In this document: positions 11,661 to 25,062 of the stretch, piece after piece
Layout of the letters: every line of letters begins with the position of its first letter
How positions within the stretch are numbered: the stretch's first letter is position 1
Source of the DNA: the human T2T-CHM13v2.0 reference genome, Homo sapiens
Assembly: GCF_009914755.1 (NCBI RefSeq)
Contig: NC_060925.1
Strand: one strand, 5' to 3'
DNA: 64,000 bases
Made by a program: the position numbers and the translations under genes
The notes under the pieces: model-generated
Told to the model about the DNA's origin: nothing
What the model saw: the letters and a program-made list of their open reading frames with translations, nothing else
Database searches by the model: none

Positions 11661-12406
11661 TTAGGATTAATTACTCTGTTAGGAAGTCAGCATTCTGTTT
11701 CAGATGTGGCAATCCATCTTCTTCCTCCATATCTAAAATTGCAAAAACTATTTAGATATTACTTTAAAAGATGCTTTTTTAAAAAAAATTATCTGCAAAC
11801 AAGAACAGCAGAAAGAATGTAAAAGAAGAAAAGTCATAATTTTCCTCCTGGCAAGAGATCTTATGGAATTGTTGTCTTGGGTGAAGTTAAGAAACCTGCT
11901 CTATTTACACTTTTGAAAGCTGACACCTTTGCATGCTGCCTCCAGTAAACAGCAGACAGATCCATAAAATATTTAAGCAATTGACTGCCTCACTCAGGCA
12001 TGCCTTCTCCAATCTTTTCTACCCGAGAAAATCTCACTTGTGCTGAAAATCCTCTGTCACGTTTCAGATCTTCCTCAAAGTATGTATTGCTGCTCGCGGT
12101 CCACAATCACTGTTCCTCTTCTGTTCCAAAATTTTCTTTCACTATTATTTATAATACAGTCATTCATTCAATATGTTCCTGCATTTATGTTCAGACACCC
12201 TTCTTCTGAGGCCATTAAACGGATGGATTGGCTCATTGGTGGTTTGACATGTGGGCAGTAACATCTTAAAGAATTCACTGTTAAATATGTCATGATTAGA
12301 GATTCCAGTGCTGTTGATTTGAATGCTATTTCATTCTGTTAAAAAAGGATCTCCAAATAAATAAGAGTATTGAGTATTGCACCCAAAGTTCATCTTTGCC
12401 CCCCCA

Positions 12407-12407
<1 letters not shown>

Positions 12408-12438
<31 letters not shown>

Positions 12439-12445
12439 TGTGTGT
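12408..12445. repeat. (TG)n microsatellite, interrupted
   Basis: Direct observation. Confidence 0.97.
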
Positions 12446-12649
12446 CTGAGAAGAATTTTCTTCATGATTTCTTTTCCCTAGCCCTCCTACTGGCCTGATT
12501 TTAGCTAATAATTACTGCAGTGAGCTAACAGACCAGAAGAATGGATACTTTTAAGAAGCAGTTATTTAGTATTGGCTGGAATATGGAAGGGGAAGATAAA
12601 TATTCCAAGGTCGAGTTCTTATCTTTCTTACCCCCGTATCTATAGTACA

Positions 12650-12834
12650 TTTGATTCTCAAATTTTGTGTGCATAAAGATCACCTAAGGTGCATATTAAA
12701 ATGCAGAGCCCCAGGTACTACCCTGGGTGTTCTGATTCTTAGTTCTGCAGTGAGGTCTTTGAATCTGAATTTTTAAAAATATCTCAGGGAATTTTGATGT
12801 GGTCAATCCACAGCCCACGCTTTGTGAGAAACTG
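12650..12834. mobile_element. MER5-family hAT-Charlie MITE
   Basis: 'gattctcaaattttg...atcacc...ttaaaatgcagag...tctgattc...gaatctgaatttttaa...tttgtgagaaactg'. Confidence 0.75.
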
Positions 12835-14119
12835 CCCCATTCATTTCCTATCTCTTCTGAAAGAACCCCTGGTGGCCCCAAACCCAATAGACCATTCAGC
12901 TTTATGCATTGGATCTCACTTCCAAAATGCATAAACTTCATTCTTGAAATTTAAAAAAAATGAAATCCTGAATGTAAATACTTCAACACCTTGCAAATCA
13001 TTCACCAGTCCAGCAGCGTTCTCTGTATGTGTAGTAATAGTGTAATCTCTAACTCACAATAGAAGAGCACAAGAAACCTTTGTTAAGAGGAGGGGATGAT
13101 GTAAATGTGAGGGTGGTTGTAAAAAGAGAGTTGAGATTTTATTAAAGAGTGAGAGGGACAGCTCTACTTGCTTTAAAAGAAGTGCATTACTCTAAAGAAA
13201 GGCAAACCTCTAACTGGATAGGTAGATAAACTAAAAAACAAAATTACCATTAGAGAAAATTATGTTAAATGGAATTTGAAAAGGACACATATACTTGGAA
13301 ACCTCTTCATAATTTTAATCTCAAAAGATTGTTTTTTTCTGTCTACAAGGAAGAAAAGTCATGTTGTGCCTTGAACAATGAAAGTCACCTTTCATATAAA
13401 CAGATTTCTAATAAGTAGCCTTTTGAGATAACTTCACCATGTTTCTGAAACAAGCACGCATACATTTTAATGGTAAAAGGACGTAGTGTAATTCTGAAAA
13501 TGACTGTTTGGCAATTCACAATCTTTTCTTTGTGTTATAAATTTAAACATCACAGATAATGTTTTTCTTTTTCTTCAGAATTTTTCTTACAAGAAACCCT
13601 TGGAGGAAAAGTACCCTGCAAAATATCAAGAAGTACAAACAACACTGTGAAGAAGAACTTCTGTGAAGAAGAACTGGTAAGGGTTAAAGGGAAAAGGATT
13701 CCACCAGTTTGGGAAATCTGGGAAGATAGATATACAATGCTACATCAGAAGTGCGAGGACTGAGTTTATTCACAGCTGGAAAAGAGTCCGCATCAAAGCA
13801 AAGACAAGAGTATTACACTCTTCAAATTGTAGCTTAGAGCAGTGTACTAATGGGCCATCTTCTGGGGCATGGTGTCTGAAAGGACATGTGTTTACAGAAA
13901 CTCAGAGGTTGTATTTATTTCCACAGCATCATATTTAAAGAGATCATAGGGTGATGAAACAGAAGTTCTGCAGCATATGTAAAGAGATGTTTTACAGATA
14001 AAGGAATAGTCCACATCCAGAGTTCCTCTGCCTATGTGAATCCTGAGTTACTGGATTTTTACAATTTTTCTCCTTTTCATAAATCCATTTAGTTTATTGA
14101 ACACATGGTATGTTCATGA

Positions 14120-14240
14120 TTAGAATGAAATTGCCAGGAACACAGGACTTTGTTTTATTCACACTTGAATCCCCAGTGCCTAGAAGAATACCTGGAATAT
14201 ATTAAAAGCTCAATAAATATGTGAGCACTTGAATTAATTG
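14120..14240 (+). mobile_element. L2 3' end
   Basis: 'atccccagtgcctagaagaatacctgg...gctcaataaatatg'. Confidence 0.7.
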
Positions 14241-14301
14241 GTGACTGCCAAACTATGTGCTGTAGAGGAAATAAGAGGTGATTGAAATATAGTTCTTTTC
14301 T

Positions 14302-14572
14302 TTTTAAAAATTATTAATTGACACATAAAAATAGTACATATTTATGAGCAACGGTGTGATATTTTGATTCATGTATACAATATGCAATGATCAAATCAGG
14401 ATAATTAGCGTATCTATCACTTTAAACATTTATTATTTCTTTGTGTTCAGAACATCCAAAATTCTCTCATCTAGCTATTTGAAAACACACAATAAATTAT
14501 TATTAACTATAGTCACCCTACAGTGGTATAGAACACTAGAACTTATTCCTCCTAAGTAGCTGTAATTTTTTC
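14302..14572 (-). mobile_element. L1MA-type 3' end, 5'-truncated
   Basis: Antisense L1MA 3' UTR flanked by perfect 15-bp TSD atatagttcttttct (14287-14301 / 14573-14587). Confidence 0.88.
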
Positions 14573-15304
14573 ATATAGTTCTTTTCTCCATGAAGCTTAT
14601 TGTCTTTGTTTTTAGGGACTGGAGCCATTTAAGAGTGGATTATTTTTGAAAAGTGTGATCATAATTCTAAAAGTCACTGAAGTTTTCATTGTGTTCTTGG
14701 CTTACCCATGGGATAAACTAGTTTCTCATCCTCTGTCACTGTACACTCCAGTAACATCTATCCTTGCTTAATGTGAAGTGACTTAAAATGAGATTATAAT
14801 GCAGAATGTATTGGAACTGCTCGAGCCTCTGCATATTATTAAGAAATTTTTCAGCTCTTGTTAAATTCGAAAATAAGAATACACATTATAAAATAATTCA
14901 TACTAATAATGAAAATTGTCTTCCCTTCCCATAGACTATAATATTACCCTGTAGGCATTTATATTGGGTAAAACAATTTTTCTTCTTATAAAAAAACATG
15001 GACTTACTTATAAAATTGAGTAATGACACCTCACCATGCAAATGGCAATGTATGCAGTGAATCTGCACTATATGTTAGACATAATTTTGCTACAATGAAG
15101 CCTAACTGATAGTAGAGGAATAATGAGTGCTGAGTAAACACTGTTAACATTTGAATGCTCACTGTTAGGACTGCTGGAGAGTACACTGTATTGAAGTTAT
15201 ATTTAGAAAAGAATACATGTGTTTTGCTCTTATGGGGTTTCTTCTTAGTATCCCTGCCAGATGTCATTAATCATTATGTGTTTATAAAAGATGTGCTTGC
15301 TTTA

Positions 15305-17362
15305 GACAGGGATGCCCCCTCTCACCACTCCTATTCAACACCGTATTGGAAGTTCTGGCCAGGGCAATCAGGCAAAAGAAAGAAATAAAGGGTATTCAGA
15401 TTAGGAAGAGAGGGCGTCAAATTGTCTGTGTTTGCAGATGACATGATTGTGTATTTAGAAAACCCCATCGTCTTAGCCCAAAAACTCCTTAAGCTGATAA
15501 GCAACTTAAGCATTAAGTCTCAGCATATAAAATCAATGTGCAAAAATCACAAGCATTCCTATACACCAATAATAAACAAACAGAGGGCCAAATCATGAGT
15601 GAACTCTCATTCACAACTGCTACAAAGAGAATAAAATTCCTAGGAATACAACTTAACTTACAATGGATGTGAAGGAACTCTTCAAGGAGAACTACAAACC
15701 ACTGCTCAAGGAAATAAGGGAGGACAAAAACAAATGGAAAAACATTCCATGCTCATGGTTAGGAAGAATCAATATCATGAAAATTGCCATACTGCCCAAA
15801 GTAATTTATAGATTCAATGCTATTCCCATCAGCCTACCATTGATTTTCTTCACAGTATTAGAAAAAACTACTTTAAATTTCATACAGAACCAAAAAAGAG
15901 CCCATATAACCAAGACAATCCTAAGCAAAAGAACAAAGCTGGGGGCATCATGCTACCTGACTTCAAACTATACTGCAAGGCTACAGTAACCAAAAACAGC
16001 ATGGTACTGGTACCAAAACAGATATATAGACCAATGGAACAGAACAGAGGCCTCAGAAATAACACCACACATCTACAACCATCCAATCTTTGACAAACTT
16101 GACAAAAAGAAGCAATGGGGAAAGGATTCCTATTTAATCAATGGTGTTGGGAAAACTGGCTACCCATACGCAGAAAACTGAAACTGGACCCGTTCCTTAC
16201 ACCTTATACAAAAATTAACTCAAGATGGATTAAAGACTTAAACGTAAGACCTAAAACCATAAAAACCCTGGAAGAAAACCTAGGTAATACCATTCAGGAC
16301 ATAGGCATGGATAGACTAACCAAAAGCAATGGCAACAAAAGCCAAAATTGACAAATAGGATATAATTAAACTAAAGAGCTTCTGGACAGCAAAAGAAACT
16401 ATCATCAGAGTGAACAGGCAACCTACAGAATGGGAGAAAATTTTTACAATCTGTCCATCTGACAAAGGGCTAATATCCAGAATCTACAAGGAACTCAAAC
16501 AAATTTACAAGAAAAAAAACAACCCCATCAAAAAGTGGGCAAAGGATATGAACAGGCACTTCTCAAAAGAAGATATTTATATGGCCAACAAACATATGAA
16601 AAAAAGCTAATCATCACTGGTCATTAGAGAAATGCAAATCAAAACCACAATGAGATACCACCTAATGCCAGTTAGAATGGTGATCATTAAAAAATCAGGA
16701 AACAACAGATGCTGGAGAGGATGTGGAGAAATAGGAATGCTTTTACACTGTGGGAGCGTAAATTAGTTCAACCATTTTGGAGGACAGTGTGGCAATTCCT
16801 CAAGGATCTAGAACCAGAAATACCATTTGACCTAGCAGTCCCATTACTGGGTGTATACCCAAAGGATTATAAGTCATTCTACTATAAAGACACATGCACA
16901 CATATGTTTATTGCAGCGGTATTCACAATAGCAAAGACTTGGAACCAACCAAAATGCCCATCAATGATAGAATGGATAAAGAAAATGTGGCACATATACA
17001 CCATGGAATACTATGCAGCCACAAAAAAGAATGAGTTCATGTCCTTTGCAGGGACATGGATGAAGCTGGAAACCATCATCCTCAGCAAACTAACATAGGA
17101 ACAGAAAACCAAACACCACATGTTCTCACTCATAAGTGGGAGTTGAACAATGAGAACACAAGGACACAGGGAGGGGAATATCACACACTGGGGCCTGGCA
17201 GCAGGTCGGGGGTAGGGGAGGGATAGGATTAGGAGAAATATCAAATGTAGATGATGGGTTGATGGGTGCAGCAAACCACCATGACGTGTGTATACTTATG
17301 TAACAAACCTGCATGTTCTGCACATGTATCCCAGAAATTAAAAAGAAAAAAGAAAAAAAAAT
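15305..17362 (+). mobile_element. 5'-truncated L1PA7-like LINE-1 (ORF2 RT/C-terminal remnant + 3' UTR)
   Basis: ORF2 peptide fragments (e.g. 15663-15989, 16115-16351), 3' UTR and A tail; TSD a[t/c]gtgcttgcttta 15291-15304 / 17363-17376. Confidence 0.95.
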
Positions 17363-17524
17363 ACGTGCTTGCTTTAAATAATGGAGGGAAACCCAGTAAG
17401 GGAGAAAGATAAATAGTTCTAACAAAATTAAATATAGCCTCACCTTACCCTCAGTTTGGAGCAAAAATTAGTTGGCACCAACAAAGGCTGGACAGATTGT
17501 GTAGATTAAAGAGGTAAAAGCCAT

Positions 17525-18505
17525 TTTCTTAAGTGTGGCAAAACACACATAATGTAAAATTTACTATCTTAACCATTTTTAAATGTTCAGTTCATTGGCA
17601 TTAAGTACCTTCACCTTCTTGTACAACCACCATCACCATCAATCTCCAGAACACTTTTCATCTGGCAAAATTGAATTCTGTACCCATTAAACAATAACTC
17701 TCCATTTCCTCCTACCCCCACTCCCTGGCAACCACCCCTCTACTTTATGCCTTTATAAATTTGGCTACTCTAGATATCTTATATAAGTGGAACCATACAT
17801 TATTTGTTCTTTCGTGACTGGTTTGTTTCACTTAACATATTGTTCTCAAGGTTTATCTGTGTTGTAATGTGTCAGAATTTTCTTCCTTTTTAAGGCTGAG
17901 GCCAGGTGCAGTGGCTCACTCCTGTAATACCAGCACTTTGGGGAACTCAGCTGTGCTTGAGCCCAGGAGTTCAAGGTCAGCCTGGGCAACATGGTGAGAC
18001 CTTGTCTTTACAAAAAATGCAAAACATTTGTCTGGGCATGGTGGCGCACTCCTGTAGTCCCAGCTACTAGGGAGGCCAAGGTGGGAGGATCACCTGAACT
18101 TGCTGAGGTCAAGGCTGCAGTGAGCCATGCTTGTGCCATTGCACTCGAGCCTGGGTGACAGAGTGAGACCCTGTCTCAAAGAAAAGAAAAGGAAAGATCC
18201 TGTCCCAAAGAAAAGAAAAGAAATGAAATTAACAATGTACTATTTTATATATATATATATACACATACATACACACACACACAACACATTTTGCTTATCC
18301 GTTTGCCTATTGATGGACACTTGGGTTGCTTTCACCCCTTGACTGTTATGAATAATGCTGTAGGAAAAAGAGTGTACAAATATCTGTTCAAGTCCCTGTT
18401 TTCAGTACTGTTAGATATATATCCAGAAGTGAAATTGCTAGATCACATGGCAGTTCTATTTTTAATTATTTGAGGAACCACCATACTGTTTTCTCATAGC
18501 AGTAG
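17525..18505 (-). mobile_element. L1MB-type 3' fragment, interrupted by Alu
   Basis: Antisense L1MB 3' UTR ('aaaatttactatcttaaccatttttaa...tgatggacacttgggttgctt...tttgaggaaccaccatactgtttt'). Confidence 0.85.
17900..18222 (+). mobile_element. AluJ with left-arm deletion
   Basis: 'gcttgagcccaggagttcaagg...aggctgcagtgagccatg', A/G-rich tail. Confidence 0.9.
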
Positions 18506-19618
18506 GATCAGCTATTTTCAAGCTTGGGAGAAGCAGCTCTGCATGGTTTCTCACTTCATTCTTGGAAGGAGTCACAGATTGGACCATGAACACTTGGTAT
18601 CCCTGGTGATGTTTCCATTGGTTTTGCCTGGAGCACACCATCACATCCTTCTTTCCTCTATTTTAAGCATTCCATTACTTTTCAAAGGAAAAATTAAAAG
18701 TGGTTTTGGGATTGCTGCAGAGAATGCTAGTTTCAAACTAGTGTTTTTGATAAAAGGACAAAAAAAATGACTGAAGGTAAAGTTTACACATTGCCATAAT
18801 ATTGCATCACCTTTTATGAAAACACCTAAATTTATCGAATACCTGCTATGTACTAGGGACTTTATTAAATGTAGAAAAATAAAATTTTGTTTTGTGTTTT
18901 AAAGATAATCTCTTAGATTTACTTGTAATTTTTACTTCCATAAATGTCATGCTTAGAAATAATGTTCCACCTTAGGAAGAAAATACCAAGGTAATATATT
19001 ACAGTATTAGCATGAGGTCATTCTAAGATCTTACATTTTAATATATTACAATAAGATTGATGAGGCACCAATTAAGTTAATTTTAAGAGATATATGAACA
19101 AATTCAACTTTTATGACAAAAAGGTGTATTTTTATTGCAATTCTAATTTCTTCTCTGACCCATAAGTTTAGACGAATATTTTAAATTTTATAACTGTTTG
19201 TTGTTGATTTTATCTTTATGTTGTTGGTTTCTAATTTAAATGCCTTTGGCCAGACTAAATGGACTGTTAGATAATCATTATTTGAAATTTTTTAAGATTA
19301 GTTTTATGTCCTAAAACAATGTTAAATTTTCAGTAGAGATAGTTTTTGATTTTTTTTTTCTACTCAGAGCTTATGTTGAGAGCAATTTCTTGTCATCTTG
19401 ACAGGTAAGAAACTTTCTATTTTCTTACTGTTTCATTATGGATGTAGCAATTGACAGCCCAAGCTTTAAATGGAAATCTAATCTCTTCCTCATAAATTTT
19501 TTTCTACCCCCAGGTTTGTTTTCTGTTCTCTGGATGGTTGTGTGGTGGTAAAACTCAAAACTACAGACCTCTGGTATCATCAATAATCCCAGGAGAGTGA
19601 TGACAGCTGCAAGGCTAA

Positions 19619-19959
<341 letters not shown>

Positions 19960-20319
19960 TTCTCTCTTCATTTTTGATTCCCCAAGCTTTCTCTGTTTAT
20001 ATTTTTGGAAGCTCATTTATGCATTTAAAAGAATGTTTGTTGAAATATATCCGTCATCTAGTTGTTTTGTAGCAGGAAAGATGGTCAGAGTATTTATTCT
20101 ACCACATTTCTAGAAAGGCAAGCGCTTTAGCTTATCTTCCCAATCAAAGGGTAGTGGTTAGCTCAGTGTTTTGCATTGTCAAAAATTCTTGTCTCAATGA
20201 CTTGACTCAAAGTTTCTCATCATTTATTATTGAAAACGATGGCTTATGGCTATAACCATTATTTTAGATAGGACAAAATTACATAATATTGAGTTTATGA
20301 TAATGCCACCTCATTTGAT

Positions 20320-20500
20320 TTTATGCTACCTAATCTCATTTTATTTAATCTTCATGATAAACTCTAGGATATACATATTGCCCTCAGGATTTTTTTTTTT
20401 TTCAGTTGAGAAAAACCGTTAGTTGCCCCAGTTCCCATAAGTAGCAAAACCAGAGTGGATCCACATATAACTGAATTCACATACTGCATTACTTTGCTTT
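20320..20500 (-). mobile_element. MIR fragment
   Basis: 'atttaatcttcatgataaactctagg...cagttgagaaaaacc...ttgccc'. Confidence 0.5.
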
Positions 20501-20775
20501 CTCGAGTGTTTGGCACATTTCCATTTCAATTTTGTTACACAAACATTTATTAAGTTTCTATGACATCTGTAATGTCATAGAAACTTACTTATTGTATTTA
20601 TATTACTGTGCTAGGTGCTGGGAGATAAAAAAATATATTAGAAACAGTCATTACTGTCTAAACAGAAGAAATATACCTAATTTCAAACCAATTTGGAAAA
20701 TCCTCAGGGGTAGGCACTGATCCTAGTAATGATACTGTAACTTACTGAATGTTATATCTTCTAGGAGTTGAATGA

Positions 20776-21142
<367 letters not shown>

Positions 21143-21865
21143 TAGTTTCCTTTTTAAATACTGTTTTTATTTATAAAAATTAAAGATTGACATATTCTAC
21201 ATAACAAATGATTAAAGTTGCAATTATCTGATTTTTTAAATATAGATTTTAGCCTATGTTAATATCTCATATCTACCATTAGTGACTTTCTAAAAAATAG
21301 GATAAAATACAGGTCATTATGTAGAATAGAAAATAGATTCTTGCACTTCAGTAGTGTTGGAAAACATCTTAAGAGACCAAAGGATCTGAGATTTTCTAAA
21401 GCAGCAGCAGCAACTATATATTTTTTAAATTCTTTGCCAAACAGTGTTAGAACTTATGATGATAAGAGGCTATCAAAGTCTTAATTAAGTGAATAGATTA
21501 CTATTCCATTGTTCCTTTGTAAGTCACATCTGAGGCAATACCTGAGAGTATCTGAGGCTGTACACCTTAAAGAGCTTTAAAACTGGAGAAGGGGAGCTGT
21601 GAGGATATTGATTGTTTTGTATCTTGGAGGGACAGGCTAATGGGGGGAGTGGTTGATGTTTATAGAGTCATGTTCCCCAATTTCCTTCTCAAACTGCACT
21701 TTTTGAAATGTCAAAGGAAGCATTACTCTACCAATCTCATAGCAGACCTAGAGTCCATAACCTCAGAAGGTGATACTCTTGGTGGGAAATGTAGAAGAAT
21801 CAAGAAGGCCTTCAATTGTTGCATGACAGATGCATGTTGATGCCTTATACAGGATGTCCTTGGGC

Positions 21866-22117
21866 TTTTTTTTTTATAGGGCCTTGTTGTATTAGCCTTG
21901 AACTCCTGGGCTGAAGTGGTCTTCCTGCCTTAGTCTCCCAAGTAGCTGGAACTATAAGGTGCATGCTACTTCACTTGGCTAATTAAAAAAATTTTTGTTG
22001 TAAAGATGGGATCTCACTATATTGTGCAGGCTGGTCTTGAACTCCTGACCTCAAGGAATCTATCCCCCTCAGCCTCTCAAAGTGCTGGGATTATAGGTGC
22101 GAGCCACCATGACTGGC
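21866..22117 (-). mobile_element. AluJ, partially deleted
   Basis: Antisense Alu flanked by TSD tgtccttgggcttt. Confidence 0.9.
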
Positions 22118-22938
22118 TGTCCTTGGGCTTTGAGAAGAGGTCACTGAGGGAGGAAGACCTTCTGTCTATTCTTAGTCCCCAATACTAGAATAATCTTGAG
22201 CTGGTTGGAATATAGAGCTGAGCTGCTGTAGTGGTTCTGTTGTTACACTAGCAAAAGAACAATTAAATAAATAGACAAAAACAAACTAAAACAGGTAAAT
22301 ATTTGCAAGGAAAACATAAAAATTCCAGTTCTCAATAGGACAATGTTTCTGTGTTTATGGTGATTGAATAGATTTAGTAGTCCAATGTCTAGCAGTGTTA
22401 GTTGAAGCTATGGGAGTATCTAAATGGGAGAGATGGGAATGGAGAGTTGAGCTTTGAGCAATGCTTAGTAATTAAGGACAAGTAGAAGAGGAGGAGCCTG
22501 TGAAAAGATTGATAAATAGTCCTCAAATTAGAGGGAAACGTGGAGCTGTTATCTTGCAGGCCTAAGATGGAAGGAGTAGTCAAAAGTGTCAAGATAAGCT
22601 TTATAAGATTAGCTTTTGACAAGAGGTGTTTGGCTTGCATTGAGAAAAGAAGAAAAATGAGCTGGAAGAAGAAGCAGGTAAGTTTGTTCACAGGTGTCAG
22701 GGGAAGGAAAAATATTGTCATTGGAGGGGTGAATCCATAGCATAGTGGCCCGTAATTAACCTCCATAGCAAGAGAAGTCTCAGACATTTTAATGTTCAAA
22801 AGTGCTATAGTACTTTGCTTTCCTTGGGCTATAGTGCTTGAATTTGGAATGAAACTCAGTTCTTGAGCTCAGCTCAGCACACCCCAACATATGTCCCCTT
22901 TCCTTGTTTAATCTTACTTCAGTGGCTTCCAGAATCAG

Positions 22939-22940
<2 letters not shown>

Positions 22941-22986
<46 letters not shown>
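22941..22986. repeat. (GT)n microsatellite
   Basis: Direct observation, about 23 pure units. Confidence 0.98.
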
Positions 22987-22989
<3 letters not shown>

Positions 22990-23685
22990 AAACAGCTTGT
23001 AACCTGGATGGGATTGTATTTAGCCTGTTTTTCTCCAGCTACTTGAAAGCATATTTTCTGAAAACAATTCCAACTTTCTGTGGCCAAAAAGTTGTCTGGT
23101 TTTCCCCTTGTACATTGTGAAAATTAAATAAATTAAATTTTATAATTTTCTTTTTCTTTTGTTTTACTGTCAGCATCTCTGTTCTTTTGTATAGATATGA
23201 AAAGCAGTGATCTCAGCCATTTATGTGAACACTCATGCATACTTTTTATATTTTGCACACATTCTGGTAGAATCCTTCAGGTTAATCTTCCAGCTTGCTA
23301 CTTAAACTTTGTCTAGGTCGCTGATGCTACTTAGCTCATCTGTTGCATTAAAAAAATTTCCAACCATTTTATTTTTAGTTTCCAAACTACACAGTATTTT
23401 TCTTTAGAGCTGCTTCCAGATTTTGAATGAGATTACTATGGACCCTATTTGAGGACACACATTAAATTTACTTTTATGTTTTCTTCTCTGTACTCTATTA
23501 GGTCCAACTCCTTAAGTTTTAATTCTTTTTTGTTGTTGTTATTGCTTTGGGCTCTTTCTTGCAGGTATTAGGTTTTTTCCAAATATTTGGGCATATTTGA
23601 TTGACTTCCCATTTCTTATTGGCGATCCTTGTTTGCCTGTTGTTGAATGGAGGTTCTGATGACAGGAGCCTCATTCTTCTAAATA

Positions 23686-24121
23686 CAAATTGGCCCTTGA
23701 ACATCACTAGTTTGAACTGCATGGGGTCCACTTACACCTGAACTTTCTTCTGCCTCTACTACCACTGAGACAATAAGACCAAACTCTCCTCTTTCACCTA
23801 CTCAACATGAAGATGATGACAAGGGTGAAGACCTTTACAACGATCCACTTCAACTTCATGAATAGCAAATATATTCAAATATATTCTATCTTTATTATCA
23901 TTTTCTTAATAACATTTTCTTTTCTCTATTTATTTTTCTCTAGCTATTTATATATAACATATAACATACAAAAATGTGTTAATTGACTATGGTATCGTTG
24001 AGGCTTCCAGCCAACAGTAGGCTACTAGTAGTTGAGTTTTGGGAAGTCAAAATTATACATGGATTTTTGACTGTGCAGGGGCTCAGTGCCCTTAACCCCT
24101 GTGTTGTTCAAGGATCAACTG
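23686..24121 (+). mobile_element. Tigger2a (MER28) DNA transposon
   Basis: TIRs caaattggcccttgaaca / tgttcaaggatcaactg, TA TSDs, internal 'gaagatgatgacaagggtgaagacctttac...gatccactt'. Confidence 0.88.
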
Positions 24122-24929
24122 TAATTGTGAGAAAGGCCTGAGGTGTGGAGCCCAGGGTAGGGATTCAGAGGTGCATCTTCTAGATTTGGGTGGTCACCAT
24201 CCATCCTGAGTGCCTGAGTGTCTCTGGCCCCAGAACACACTGGGTAGATCTCCTGAGACACAGCCACTGCTTTAGAAAACCAGGTACACATCAGGACGTA
24301 CCTCAGGCAGGCCCACATCTGCTTTTCTCTCTAGTCCCAACACTAAGGCCACTTGCTCCTCCAGGTGAGTCTTTCCTACAAAGTGATTCTGGGCGTGTCA
24401 ATATGTGCAGGGGGCTGCTGCTGCTATCTGCTTTCAGAATAGGGGAAGGATGGGGTGAGGCTGATTCCCATGCTTCAAATGGAGTTCTTCAGTGATTTGC
24501 TGACTTTGCCTCAGGATGGTTTCTGTGATGACTTCTCTAAACTAAAGCATCTCTGCGTTTATGCCTCCTCTGATCTCTGATGTGTTCTCGGGTATATTTT
24601 GGGTTGTGGTGTTTTTGGTTTTGTTTCTTTATCAGCCAGATTTCTTCTGCTTTCTGTGTTATAGGAATTTCTCAAAATTTTAATATTTTTTTATGAGAGA
24701 ATTTGTTGTTTTCTCGTGTGAATTTGTTCTTTTAAAAAATTAATTTACTGTCCTTTCATGAGATTGGTGGTAGGAAGAGATAGGTCACATGCTCTGGACT
24801 CTCAAATAGGGTTTGATGTCTCTTTACGAAAAGGTAAACATAAGGTTTTAAATTTTAGTCAAATGCTTAAAATGTGATTTAAGACATTAGCACCATCACC
24901 ACCATCTCCAATACCACTACCAACAACAC

Positions 24930-25062
24930 TAACTGATATGTATTTAGTTTTGGCCGCGTGCCTGGTACTCTGCTAACTACCCATACAAACACTATTAGGT
25001 ATATTATCCTCACTTAGAGATGAGAAATAGAGACTTCTGAAGGTCAAGCAACTTAACCACAG
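24930..25062 (-). mobile_element. MIR fragment
   Basis: 'aggtatattatcctcacttagagatgagaaatagagacttctgaaggtcaagcaacttaacc'. Confidence 0.7.

Noticed and set aside
22398-22799. 133-aa hydrophobic minus-strand ORF and the nearby CAG|gtaagt donor at 22677
   Set aside because: Appears to lie in decayed L2-like sequence with a pyrimidine-rich strand; hydrophobicity is compositional
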